A DNA stretch of 63,938 nt, filler included, from Vezdaea acicularis (Eukaryota): the NCBI GenBank assembly GCA_026025075.1. It is 3 parts of 3 records of this genome, joined end to end, with 100 filler letters (N's around TTAATTAATTAA, not from the genome) between each part and the next. Parts side by side here need not be neighbours in the genome. Positions count along the whole stretch, not along the records: positions 1 to 28,837 come from JAPEUI010000168.1; 2 more parts are not named here. One strand, given 5' to 3'. A program made the translations under genes and the position numbers. Below are positions 1 to 11,891 of the stretch, one piece after another. Below the pieces are notes generated by a model. The model saw nothing but the letters and a program-made list of their open reading frames with translations, did no database searches and was not told the origin of the DNA. Each line of letters opens with the position of its first letter. The stretch's first letter is position 1.

Positions 1-240
1 ATGAGGATGGTGCCGTTGTAGATGGTGATGGTAATGGTGATGGTACTGTTGATAGCAATGATGACGGTGCTGATGATAGTGATGATGGCAATGCTAACGA
101 TGATGGTGGTGATGATGGTGATACTGTGATGGCGATGATGGCGAATGTGATAGTGAAAATGGCGATGGTGATATTGATGATAATGGTGACGATGCCGATG
201 ATACCGACGCCGATGGTAATGACAACAATGACGATGCTGT
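1..240. repeat. GAT/GGT/GAC trinucleotide-rich low-complexity tract
   Basis: Runs such as gatggtgatggtaatggtgatggt; the Asp/Gly-coding register shifts frame near position 125, so an intact CDS is not supported. Confidence 0.7.
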
Positions 241-717
241 CCCCACTTCTCCTGCATACTCATACTTCTCCTGCTGTCCTCTGTATACTCCTGATACTCC
301 TGCTGTCCTCTTCAAACTCCTGCTGTCCTCTGCATGCTCCTAGATACTCCTGCTTACACCCCCAACCTCTACTAGACCTGCTTCCTCCCGCATACTCCTC
401 TACTTACGCCCGCTATCCCCCACGAAGCAAAACGCCCCTCAAGAAATGGCTGACTCGACTGACAACTCCTGACAAATGATTGCGCTGTTCGTGTAAGTGG
501 GCGTACCTGCCACCGTACCGTGCTCTGCTGTGCTGTACTCTGCTCAAACCCCGCTGGACTCCGCTATACTCCGCTGTCCCATACTCTGCTGCAGTCTCTT
601 CTGCTGTCCCCTAATCCACGGTACTGGGCTCTGCCGTGCTGGACTCTCCTTTGCCATCCTCCGCTCTATCATACCGCATAGTACCTCCCACACCACCTAG
701 TCTTCAATCAACTCCGC

Positions 718-2499
718 TCAGCGCCCCTCGCGATCAGAGGGCCAGCCGCGATTATAACGCTCCGGGGCGTAAGGGTCATACGTATCGCGCTGCTGCGGCG
801 GCGGCGGCGGCTGTTGCTGCTGTACTTGCTGTACTTGCTGCTGTTGATGTTGCTGCTGCTGCTGCACTTGTTGATGATGCTGCTGCTGTACCTCCCGCAC
901 CGTTTGCGCCGTCCCGCCGCCACCAATACCACCCGGGACATTTCTGCTGCCGGCAGCAGAAGGGAGGTGAGGTGGTTGGTGCGGATGCGGATATGCTTGC
1001 TGCGGATGCTGTGGATGCTGCTGGTGGGGAGGGGCGGTGGAATAAGCAATCGACGCATGCCCGGCAGTGGTCCCGTTCCTGGTGATAGGGGCCAATGCCG
1101 AATCGGGCGCATACGTACTGACAGCGCGTCCCCCCTGAGGTCCCCGCTCGACCCCGAACGATTGTGGCTGCTGCTGCTGCTGCTCCAACGGCGACTGCGA
1201 CTGCTGAAGGTACGACGAGCTCTGTGCTCTTCCAAGCGGAGTCGCACCGCCCGACGCGCGGTGCACGCGCAGCTGGCGGGGCGAAGGTGGTCGTGGGTCC
1301 AGAAACGCAGGACCCAGCTTCTCCACAACAATACGACGAAAGTGGTCGCGCTCGAGCTGGTAGTGATCGCGCTCCTCAGTCAGATCGCGGGCCTCCTGCT
1401 CAAGCTTCGAGATGGTCGACGAGGCCTCGCGCTCCTTCTCCTTGCGGCGCTGGCGAAACCGCGCCGACGCCCCCGCGTTGCGCTTGCGCTTGTCGTCCGC
1501 CATCTTCGATGCCGCCTGCACGTCCACCGGGATCTGCATCGGCCCCTGGTCTGTGTTCAGCGTCATCATCTGGTAGTTGCTCTGCGCCGTTGTGCTGGAA
1601 GGGAGCCCGTAGCCCTGCAGATGCACCGGCGGGTTGCCCGAGGCATCGTAGGGGGAAGCGTTGTAGCTGCGTGACTGCGGCTGGGATGCCATGGGCCCGT
1701 ACTTTGGCGCAGGGGAGGTCTGGCTCTGCTGGCTAAAGGACGAGTAGGACACGCTCGGGCTCACGCTCTCGGACGTCGCGCCCGGCAAGGCGCTGCTGCT
1801 CGCGCGCCGCGGTGGTACGGGAGCAGCTTGGACGCTTGTATATGGGGAGCTCGGGTGCCGGAAGCCTGGTGGTATAGGAGGAACAGCCATGGTGGAGGGA
1901 GCCGGATTCGACGATAGCTGAGCACGACCCGGGGCAGGTCCAAGAGGTGACTGCAAGGGAGAGAAGCTGCCGCCGCCTCCACTTGCAACACGGCCAAGGC
2001 TGGACATCCTGTACGCGGGGGACTTTGGCGTCAGGATCCGTCTGGAAGCTTGGGACACAGACCTCGGGGGGGGAGGCCCCGCCATGTCCGACGTGCCCTG
2101 CGGCTCCAAGGGCCGCTGGTATGGGGAATGCGGTCGAGAGGGAGGGCCATATTGGTGGTGTTTGGCCGGAGGCGGACTGTCAAGGTGTGCTGCACTCCGT
2201 CGACGTCCGTAGGGCTCATCGGACGTTTCCCGCGTGGGATTGAGGATCGTATGGACGTCGAGCGCTCGAGAGGGTCTTTGTCGAGGAACAGAGAGCCCCT
2301 CTGGGCCCTGCTTGCTGCTCGGCGGTTGGGGAAGTAGCGGCGGAAGTCTCGAGGTGTGATGGGCACCGGACGGGGGCCCCTCTTCCGCTTTGAAGGCAGG
2401 TGCATTGGTCGAGGGGCGTGCACTCTCGGGCTGTATATAGACGTGTGCTTCGGCGGTGGAGACTGCTTCTGGACCTGACGCAGCTGGCTGCTGCGACAT
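718..2499 (-). CDS. bZIP transcription factor, Pro/Ser-rich with C-terminal polyQ
   Basis: Basic region and zipper DKRKRNAGASARFRQRRKEKEREASSTISKLEQEARDLTEERDHY, preceded by MMTLNTDQGPMQIPVDVQAASK. First in-frame ATG is at 2499; the frame stays open to about 2778, so the 5' end is uncertain. Confidence 0.85.
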   Translation of the reverse strand: MSQQPAASGPEAVSTAEAHVYIQPESARPSTNAPAFKAEEGPPSGAHHTSRLPPLLPQPPSSKQGPEGLSVPRQRPSRALDVHTILNPTRETSDEPYGRRRSAAHLDSPPPAKHHQYGPPSRPHSPYQRPLEPQGTSDMAGPPPPRSVSQASRRILTPKSPAYRMSSLGRVASGGGGSFSPLQSPLGPAPGRAQLSSNPAPSTMAVPPIPPGFRHPSSPYTSVQAAPVPPRRASSSALPGATSESVSPSVSYSSFSQQSQTSPAPKYGPMASQPQSRSYNASPYDASGNPPVHLQGYGLPSSTTAQSNYQMMTLNTDQGPMQIPVDVQAASKMADDKRKRNAGASARFRQRRKEKEREASSTISKLEQEARDLTEERDHYQLERDHFRRIVVEKLGPAFLDPRPPSPRQLRVHRASGGATPLGRAQSSSYLQQSQSPLEQQQQQPQSFGVERGPQGGRAVSTYAPDSALAPITRNGTTAGHASIAYSTAPPHQQHPQHPQQAYPHPHQPPHLPSAAGSRNVPGGIGGGGTAQTVREVQQQHHQQVQQQQQHQQQQVQQVQQQQPPPPPQQRDTYDPYAPERYNRGWPSDREGR

Positions 2500-5445
2500 A
2501 GAAGCTTGGGCCCTGCTGTGTGAAGCGTCTCGCGAGTTGGGACATGGGCGTTTCCTCGGTGCTTCCCCCGGCCAGCCCGTCGGGTGCTCTGCTGGCGGAG
2601 GGAGACTCTCGCGGATGCGGAGGAGAATCTTCCCAAGGTCCTTGTGCGTGCGCTGGGCGTGGATCTCGGAGGGCGAATAAGGTCCTGGGTAAGGACACGG
2701 ACCTATGGCGGACTGTGTAGCCACCTGTGACGCGGCCACCGTGACGACTGACGGGGGACGAGCAACCTCGTCCCTATATCAGGAAGAGAAAGGTACTTTC
2801 CAGTCTGTAACTGCAAGCTTCCGCCAACAGATGACAGGGCCGTTCGACACCGATCATAAAGCTCTCCAGAGAGCTGTACCGGTGGGAAGGACGGAGGGCA
2901 GAGGAGCTATGCTGGCAAGGAGACAGAGCTGGTGCTCGCGTCGAGGTGCGTCATGGAGAAAGCAAGCAAGTCGGAGAGATGATGGAGCCCAACGACTGAG
3001 CAGAACGAGCGAAGAAGCACTGCCCGCGACGACGGGGGGGGAGGGTAATGAAGGTACTCTGGCATTCATAAGTAAGGGCGGTCAGGCAGTCAGACCGTGG
3101 TAGGGCCTGCTCATGACCGCAGAGCGCGCGGACACTAAGAGCGTCACCGAGCTCTCGCGCGGTCTCTCTCCCCTTCAGTCTGTCGCTCGCTCGCCCGCTG
3201 TCTCTCTCTTGCTCTCGACCTTCTCCTCGCGACTCGAGGCTAGGGCGACGCCGTTCCGTCCCCCGAGGCAGGGCTCCGTCTCGAATGACAGTCGATCCGG
3301 GAGCTTCTAGTCGCGAGCTCTGCCCTTTGCACAAGCACCCTAGCTTGGGCCTAGTCGCCATGATCCAGATATGGGTCAGGGATTGGCAGTCAGGCTCGGG
3401 GCCGATGCAGCGCGATGCTGCGCGATGCAGCTTGGGGCGGACCCGTGGGCGTTCCCCTGTTGTCTTGCTCACGGCCCAACGAGCAGCGCGCGGAAGGCGG
3501 GTGTCGACGCCCTAAGCCTAAGCAGACGCCGGTGTGGGAACCGCGGCCGTGGGATCTTAGGGCCCCCCCCCCCTTCACCTCGAAAGAACCCGGATGCACG
3601 TTTCTGTTGTTGCGCTGTCAAGACCGCGGAGCTTGCTGCCGTTGAGAATATAAGGCGGAGGCGTTGCGTCGATGGCGGCGGAGGGGCGATGGTTGCGAAC
3701 AAGAAAACATCCGAGACCGCAACGCCCTTTCCCCCATCATCTCTCCCCTCTCAAGAACCATCGATCAATTAGCTCTCGAACACGGTTTGAAGCCGGACTG
3801 GTGGCCGGACGAGTGCGAGAGCAGACGAAGAAGCACAAGTGAATCATATCCCCTCACGCCAATCACGACAATTCGAGCCCACACATGACCCCTTCTTAGC
3901 TTCTCTCCTGGCGAAGCTCCGTCGAGCGCTGGAGATTGAACAGTGCCCAGATCCGGCGAGGCAATTCCGCTGCCATCAATAGAACTCCACTCGGTCCAAC
4001 TCCCTCCCCTCCCTCCCCTCCTGCTCATCTCCAGCATCTTCGAAACCCGTTCCAGTCAGAGCTTCTCGGCGTCGCCATCTCCGGCTCTGCATCTCTTGCT
4101 GTGAGCCCGTCATCTCTGCAGCCCAACGACAGAGGCCTAGTCAACATTCGGAATCGACCGTATCCCTGCGCCGTCAAAGGGAGGCTTGCAGCGGCGACGA
4201 TTACGACAGGTGCTGTACTAAGACTGACTGAACGAGATGGACACCATTCGCCTTGTCCACCTTCCCATCATTTCATCGAGCGGCGATACGATACTCAGAC
4301 ACGCATCGGCCTATTGCGTGCGGCGCCTCTCTCAAGCGTGCTGATCCGGTTCCATAGACGCAAGCGATGGATGTGATCTACTTGCCTCAAAAGCGTGCTG
4401 CGACGACGAGAGCCAGTCGTCAGTGAGGTCGCTGCCCCCCCCCCATCGACCAAACCCCCTCCCCTTAACCTGTGCCGCATGCAAGTGATTCAGCATGAAT
4501 AGTTTGCAGGAGGCGGGCCTGTCTGTTGGCTCCGCCAGTTTCGGAAAGTTATTGAGGGTGGAGTCACGTCAGGGTGCAGCGGCCGTCGGAAACGAGGATG
4601 CCATGCCACCGCCGCCGCCAAAATCGACGTCAAACCCCGTAGCGTTCGCCCATTTCACCCCCATTCTCGATGATCTATTGAGGGGGGCGCCCTAGCAAAA
4701 AAGAAAGGGCACAGGTTAGTGAAGAAGCCAGTGGTGATCATGAAACAACAAGCCGAAGGTGCCAAGCGACGGCGCGCTCGTGGTCGAAGCCCCAGCCCTC
4801 ATCTGCTCGCAGCTAGACCCGGACAAGTGCCGAAAGAGGCTTTCGAGCAGCAGCAGCGTCGCTCGCTTGCAGGTCGCTAGAATACTGAGATGCATCTCGT
4901 CGTCCGAGTGCTGCACTCAGTCGTAAGGGTATGCTGCTGTACGCTATAGGACTGGGTGACTTTTGACGTGAGAGTGCGAGTTCTCTCCGAATGACCCTTG
5001 TGCGTGGAGGGCGGAACCCTCCCAGACGGAACATCCGTTCGCCCACGCGTCGCTCCCCCATCATTCGGCCCCAGCAGGGGTGGGGGGGAGGACATCGTTC
5101 AATCATCCGATACGCCGCTTCCTGCGCACGACGAAGCTTCTGCGGCCGAGGAAGGCGCGGGCCGCAGATCCAGTGGCTCGCGGGTTTGTGCGACGGAGAA
5201 AAGAGGCAGGGGGCCCCCTACCCCATGTGGTGTGTGAGCAGAGGAGGGAAGAAGCCTTTCGGGGTGCTGGGTCGGAGGCGGGTGCGTCCATGCTCGTCGC
5301 GGATGCTCCCTTCGTTCGGACGGTGGTGGTGGTGAAATGGATGTTCGGGACGGTATTGCATGGCTGCTGGGCCCTAAAGAGGCTTCTCCGAGGTGAGACT
5401 TCGAGATGTCCTATGGCGTGCGCGCGAGATTGCGACGTTGGAGAC

Positions 5446-5465
5446 ATACACACACACACACACAC
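5446..5465. repeat. (CA)n microsatellite
   Basis: acacacacacacacacacac seen directly. Confidence 0.85.
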
Positions 5466-8400
5466 GCATTCTCGCATGCGCGTACAGTGTCTCTCTCCCT
5501 TCCCTGCCTGTCGCGCTTTCCCTTCTCGTGCGCCCACACACATCCACCGCTCGTGCCTTCCCCTCGCGCCCCGGCCGCCAGGGCCCTCCTACCCCTTTCG
5601 CACTCGGCCTAGCTCGCACCGTGGGGGCGGCTTGGGACCACTAAGCGGCCCAGCGAGGCGGTCCCGAGAAACGCCCAGATGGAGGGAGCGAGCGTGCGAC
5701 AGCCGATCCCGGTCGCCCTCCTCCCTCTGCCTCGCCGTCATCTCCATCATCTCCATCATCTCCACCGCTTCCGTCGCAACGAGCGATCACTCAATCACCC
5801 ATCGGGAAGTGGCCAAGCGCCCCTTCCCCCTCACCCCTTCCCCCTTCGTGAGAGGGAAGGCACGACCGGGTCCCCCCCTGCTGCAGCATATCTAGTGCGT
5901 GCATAGCTACGTGCATAAGTTGCTTGCGTGCATATCTCGACCGAGCACGAGCTTCGTCAATGCGGCGAGTGGACGAGCGTGGAGCCCGTGTGCGAGCTGA
6001 TAATCGTAACAAGTAACGGCGGGAGAGAGGCAGGAGAGCTGAAGGGAATACCATCACGTCCGGACCGCACGACAGCGTCCGGACGGGAGCTGCACCGGAC
6101 GAACGCGGGCGCGGGCCGTGGCTAGTGAGCTCCACTCGGCGGCCCCCTCGGCGGCGACTGCGCGGCGACTCTTTTCCGCGGTCCACGCGAACAACTGCAT
6201 CTCCGCATCGTTGTCGTCGCCATCGCCGCGCCCGCGCACTCTCCCCCCCCCACTGCCGTAGTGTCGTCCGCTGCACGTCGGAAGGCCTGGAAGGGATTGG
6301 TGTCTTGCGATGACGACCGACGTGGCATCATGGCAAAAGTCCCAGAGTCCCGCGGGCTCGAGCCGCAGACGAATAAAGCGTCTCCCTCGGGGCGGGGAAA
6401 ATATCCCCAAATAACCGCTTCTGCACCGCTGCATCTGCGGACGCATCTCGCCATCGCCCTTCCGCGCGGCGCTCCGCCTATGGGGCCACTCGCGCGCCTG
6501 CATCGCCCCCCCATTCGCCGATGCCTCCCCCCTCGCCTCGCATCCAGGACCCTGCAACCGTCGGCAACGTCTGCAACCCCAACGAGCAGCCCGCATCGAT
6601 TGCAGGTCATGTGGTCGCGCCTCGACGACGTTGACTGGCCCTCGCCTCGCACACGGCCGGGCGATCGTCCAGCCTCTCACCGCTCGCCCATTCAAACGTC
6701 CAGAGCCAACAACGATCACGGCCGACCGCCTCATCCGGACGTCGGGGGCGATGCACGAGAAGAAGCAGAGCGAAAGCCGAGTCCGTTGCTCGCCGACAGG
6801 AGCAGCCCGGTCCGGGTCGTTGGGGTCGCCATACGTCGTGCACCGCGGCGTCCATTCGAGGGCGTCTTGGAACACTTGTCTCAATGACGGTTCGCTGGAC
6901 TGCTCCGCATTCGTCGAGTCTCGTACTTCGTAAACGACTACCACAGTAGTACGGTAACACGGACGGCGGCTGCCGGCGCGCAGTGCTTATCATACACGTC
7001 TACTGGTCAAGCGCGGCTTCTGCCGTTGGCAATAGAGTTTCCTTGCACGACAGAGGAACCCCTCCCTCCCCAAGTGTGTTGATTCTCCTTCTCCCGATAC
7101 CTTCCACGTAGGCGAGCATTTGTCGATGATGTGACTGCGCTCCGAAGCGGAGATAGATTGGAGATGGTTCGGTGGATATGGAATCCAGGTTGGCACCATA
7201 TCATTGAGTGGCGGGCGTGCAGGGCCCCGGAGACCCCCTCCGCTGTTGATTGACGCGTGGTGGATGCTGCCCAATATGACCTGCGACTATCTGCAAGTCC
7301 TCGCTCATGCGGCGATGGCAAGCGTCAAGCCGCTTATCTGCTTATAATTGGAAGCTGGATGATCCACAACTTCGCTCCCCATACCCGTCTTTGTCGCAGA
7401 GCTTGCTCCAATGACCACCGATCTTCTCCGTCGTTCCCAGTCCAAGTCGAAGCTGCGTTCATAATGCGTCCCTAGCCTAGCAAGCCTCACACAGGCGTGT
7501 AATCGAGAGGCCTGTTGGGTTGCTTCACTCGCGCTTTCCGATGGGCAACAGCAAAAACCAGGTGCTTCGAGAAGATTGACCGAAACCACCTCCCCAGGAC
7601 ATGCCGCCCTCGTAAACTAGTCCCTTTCATCAACTCGTGCTCAAGGGTACGTTGCCGATACCGCGACCGCACCGCCCCGTCAAATAGCATTAGACGGCAA
7701 TAGCGTGTCGCCGGTGCCGGACCGTGCAGCCGCTACAAGGCACTTGTTGCGTTATGCAACTCTGGCGATATCACCTAATGCTTCATCGTTGTTGGAGGCG
7801 TCACCATCCCCCTTGCTGGTCCATCCCGAATGAACGAGACGGCGAGACGGCGGTACGCCTCCGTCGCCGTGGACCGATAATAATATTCCCGGATTCATCT
7901 CGATGAAAACTCGGAACCGGCCCTGGACCCGCGGATACAATAGCGCGCGCCACCTGCCAGGTCCATGGAACGCGAAGGAATGAAAGCCACGAAATGCATC
8001 GAGATAAGCTCAACGCTCAGCATTTCAACGGATGAGGGAACTACTAGTTGCAAGTTTTTTCCCCAAGGCTTTCGATCATCGAGTATGGATCGGGTGGTCC
8101 TCATTAAGATGACTTCATCAATCCGGCTCAAAAGGATTGACCTCCATGACGGTTTGAGTCTCGCACCTCAGCCAACCGATTTCAAGCCTGGCTCATGATG
8201 AGGCGTCCCTAGATCGGTTCCAGTCCCGTTGTTGCGATTCCCTCGGATGCCGACTTGGACCCCAAAGACGTAACCGCCGTAATTGACAAAGCCAGGGAAC
8301 TCGTTCGGATCAGTCTCCCTTATCGCTACCAAGATTCCTTCACCCACGAAACGTGTCCGTAGCGAGATTTCGCCAATGACCATTTCTTTCCGGAAATACG

Positions 8401-10127
8401 AATGATCTTTGCCGCCAGCATGAGGAACTGACCAGATCTAACCCCTACCGTCCGTAGCAAACCTATCCCGTACGGCTTCGCCATCGTCAATAGCGAAGAA
8501 ACGGTCGTCGCTTCGAGACTGATCCATTCATAGATTCATAGTTGTATGCACAAAACATACGAGTCCTTCGGGTCCATGAGATACATCGTGCTGTCGTTGC
8601 TTCGCTACTCAATTATCATATCTCGCGTATTCCAGAGGCCCGGGCCCGCTAACAAACTCACGCGGGACGATTGCGGGAAGGAATATGCCATTCGGGATGG
8701 TCACCTCGTCAGCTATGCGGTGAATAGTGAGTGGTCAAATCAGGAGCGAGACAAAGGACGATCCTAGTTAAACTGCACGCATCAGGATCGCAGTCCTCGC
8801 ATGGTGTTGGTACTTACCTTCAGCTTTAAGTTCACGACCTTTACCGAAAGGGTTCACGGCACCAGCCCCAGAAGCAACCTTAGCTTTTGACTACACTTTG
8901 GTGCAATGAACATGCCGCTATCAAATACGAGGTCGGAAAGTCTCCTACCGCATCCTAGAGCCTTGTCAGCATTGTTAATTAGCCGTCATGCTTTGTTAGC
9001 AAGGCCCTACCTCTCCTAGCCTTCCGCGTCCCGCTCCTTCTAAACTCTCTTCACACGTTGGATAGCCCAACTAGTGTGTTGGACATGGCAAAGCCTACGT
9101 TTGCAGCTAGTATTACCTCATTTGACCCTTCAATGTTTGTTGTAGGGCAGTGAAAAGGGGGCCAAATCAGTGAGTATCACGTGCGGGAAGCGGTTTTCCG
9201 CACCCAATAGGACCATCAAGCTGACAAGTCTTCAAAGAAGTTTTCTTCCCCGAAGCTTAAAATGCCGTGCAATTGGCCCAGAAGGATGTTAATGAAGAGA
9301 AGCACATGAGTATCCTCACCGCAGAGAGATTTTCCACTCAAGGTGAACCTCTCGTCGTGACAAGGCTGGGAAAACAGGTTGCCTTCGAGAGCAGGGTAAG
9401 ACGAGGTCTAATGACCTTTAAATTGACCAGTTTAATAGTCCTATCATAGAAATCTGTCGTACTGTCATGAATTGGATGTTGAATGAAGATCTGTTCTTCA
9501 GGAATGGCATGTCCCAGCAGAGTTTGAAACGATCAGAAATGTGGGTGGCGGAGATGTCAAAATCAGGAAGGGTTCCGGAGGGGCACCCGCTCCTTCCCGA
9601 TTGAGCAAGCCAACATTCCAATCACCAGGGCTCAGATAGAAGCCCCAATAAAATGATGTATAATTCTATGTGATTATTTCCCCTGGAGTGACAATGAAAT
9701 TGATAATATGAGTAATTGAAATTAATAAAATGTTGGTCCTTTCGCCCAGACTAGGCCATCTAAGACCCGTGCGCTATTGCAAAAATACATTATCCACTAA
9801 TTAGAGCAATGTTTCGACTCCCAGAAACCAGCTAATGCAACGTGTCCTTTGAAGCAATGTGAGCTGTCTGCGTAAGGAGATATTTTTCAAGCTTGAGAAG
9901 AGGCACACAAAAGAACGTCCTCCTTTCTAGTGGCTGTTTTGGTCTCTCGATATTTCGGCTATCAACCACCACCGTGAGCCACTCCTTTGCGAACGAAAGC
10001 GAACGTTTTTCATGTAGCTTTGGAAAGACAGTGGACCTGATCAATTTCTGGAAACCTGCACATATGTTCGCTTTCCCATTGCAATACGTACATGCAGTCG
10101 CTAGGAAAAGAGAGTTAATTTAACGCT

Positions 10128-10555
10128 ATGGCCGAAGAACCCAGGTTACCAAAGAGGCACACTCCCAGTGCCCCTAAACAAACCCTCATGGCAGACAGAT
10201 TGAGGAAAGCAAACGCTGCAGCCGTGGGAAGTATCAGTGAGCGGGCTGGCGCCCATGGAAAGCTGCCAGCAGGTTATGCCGGGACTGCTAGGAAGTAGGG
10301 GTCAAACAAAAGCTTTTATATGTCGAGCCAGGAAGCTAATATGTTTGTGTTTCAGGATCACATACGTCATTGTAGCGTTGCCAATAGCCATTGTCACCAG
10401 CTGGGTTTTATACGATCGATGTAAGATAACTCGAGAGTTCCCGGGAAGCATGAATGGGGCGCGCTAATCATGATCTCACAGTGGTGTTGGGGACGGAGAG
10501 GAAGGTTCTCGTCCGACCACCGCCTGATACGGCAGCCTCAAAGGAGAATGAATGA
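10128..10555 (+). CDS. Small single-pass membrane protein (~100 aa, 3 exons), not captured whole by the ORF track
   Basis: Manual splicing (gtaggg..ttcag; gtaaga..ctaat..cacag) gives MAEEPRLPKR...GYAGTARKITYVIVALPIAIVTSWVLYDRLVLGTERKVLVRPPPDTAASKENE*; both introns keep frame; one TM helix. Confidence 0.75.
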
Positions 10556-11070
10556 GCGCCTGGGCAAAAGTCCACCCCTCCGCTCTATCATGCCTACAAA
10601 TATACATCCCCTTGGTATTGGGAAGATGACCTTTGCACTAGAGGATACTCAATTAAGAGTGGCCGCCCAAGGCGCACTTACGGTGACTTTGTGGACTCCT
10701 CTCGACGAGAGCTCGTCGTACCGTGGACTACGAGACGTATCGCAACCATTTGACGTGGCTGATGACTACGACAAGGAACTTAGGCCAATACCGAGTACGG
10801 GGCTTCGATCTTGCTCTGGTCTTCCGGATTATCCTCGCATGCTGACGTTCGATCCACTGGAATTTCTGGTGTACATTACGAAAATGTTTCCAGGCCAGTG
10901 GCTCACGGAGTAAATGTCATTGCATATGATTGCGAAGGCAAACACTCTTTGGTCAATCATGGACGGGATATTCACCTGCGAAATCTGCATGTCTGTGAAT
11001 TCAATTTACGGTGTCCATATTTTCACCATCAACTGGACCGGAAGCTGTAAAAAGTATTCAATCATCAGTC

Positions 11071-11538
11071 ATGTCTCAGAAGCCACTCCCTCCGCCACCA
11101 ACTCTCTTGACGACTTCACTTTCCTTTTTTGACAATGTAAAACAACGCGATATTCACAAGGCCCTCCCCCCAACACCCTCTTCAACGCCAGTTCCCTCGC
11201 CACCAGCAGGCCCAACACGCCTTTCACCCACACCATCTCCTTGCTCTTCAAGGTATTCGCTTTCGGACATGCCGCTCCTACCAGACCCCGCTCCCACTCC
11301 CGCACCAGAGGGCTGGACAGCGCGACACGATTTTCAGTTAAAGGTAGCCATGTACTACCGATATGCAAGACCACTACTCAGTGCGGACGAAGTTGTAGAG
11401 AGGCTTAGGGCCGGAAAGGGTCTGTTCGTTAAGGAAGCCGAGGGTCCTAGTATCCGTACGACAGTCGAATGGGTACAGCGACGATTCGACTGGCTTATGG
11501 GGCTTGAGAGACTAAGACGAGAGGGCTGGAATATGTGA
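11071..11538 (+). CDS. Hypothetical protein, Pro-rich N-terminus and short helical C-terminal domain
   Basis: 155-codon ORF from ATG 11071; C-terminal part WTARHDFQLK...TVEWVQRRFDWL looks folded; no family recognised. Confidence 0.5.
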   Translation: MSQKPLPPPPTLLTTSLSFFDNVKQRDIHKALPPTPSSTPVPSPPAGPTRLSPTPSPCSSRYSLSDMPLLPDPAPTPAPEGWTARHDFQLKVAMYYRYARPLLSADEVVERLRAGKGLFVKEAEGPSIRTTVEWVQRRFDWLMGLERLRREGWNM

Positions 11539-11891
11539 AGCAGGGAAATATGTTTGGATTATTTGCCTTTACGATATTGGGGGATGATGGATTATATACA
11601 GACGAGCCTAGAGGGATAGAAACCAAAAAACTCATTCTTCCACCCATACATATCATAGTCGATGTTACATAGAATCGACGGCTGGCCTACCATGCACCCC
11701 GCATCCCATGCCCGAGTCCACCATATCCCTCCCTTTAATTCATGCACCCATGTTTTAGCCGTATTGACGCCCAATCAGAAATCTCCAGAACCTAGGCGGT
11801 CTGCCTTCCAATGGCGACACACCATGCGCGCCCTTTCGCCGTTGACATACGCCATCTATGCAGCGAGCCAAAACCAATCGTCCTCCAACAA

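Noticed and set aside
636..2720. Many long overlapping ORFs around the bZIP gene
   Set aside because: Antisense or alternate-frame shadows of a GC-rich, repeat-rich CDS; no motifs.
5080..6993. ORFs of 176-296 aa on both strands
   Set aside because: Arg/Pro/Ala-rich translations expected from GC-rich non-coding DNA; no domain features and mutually overlapping.
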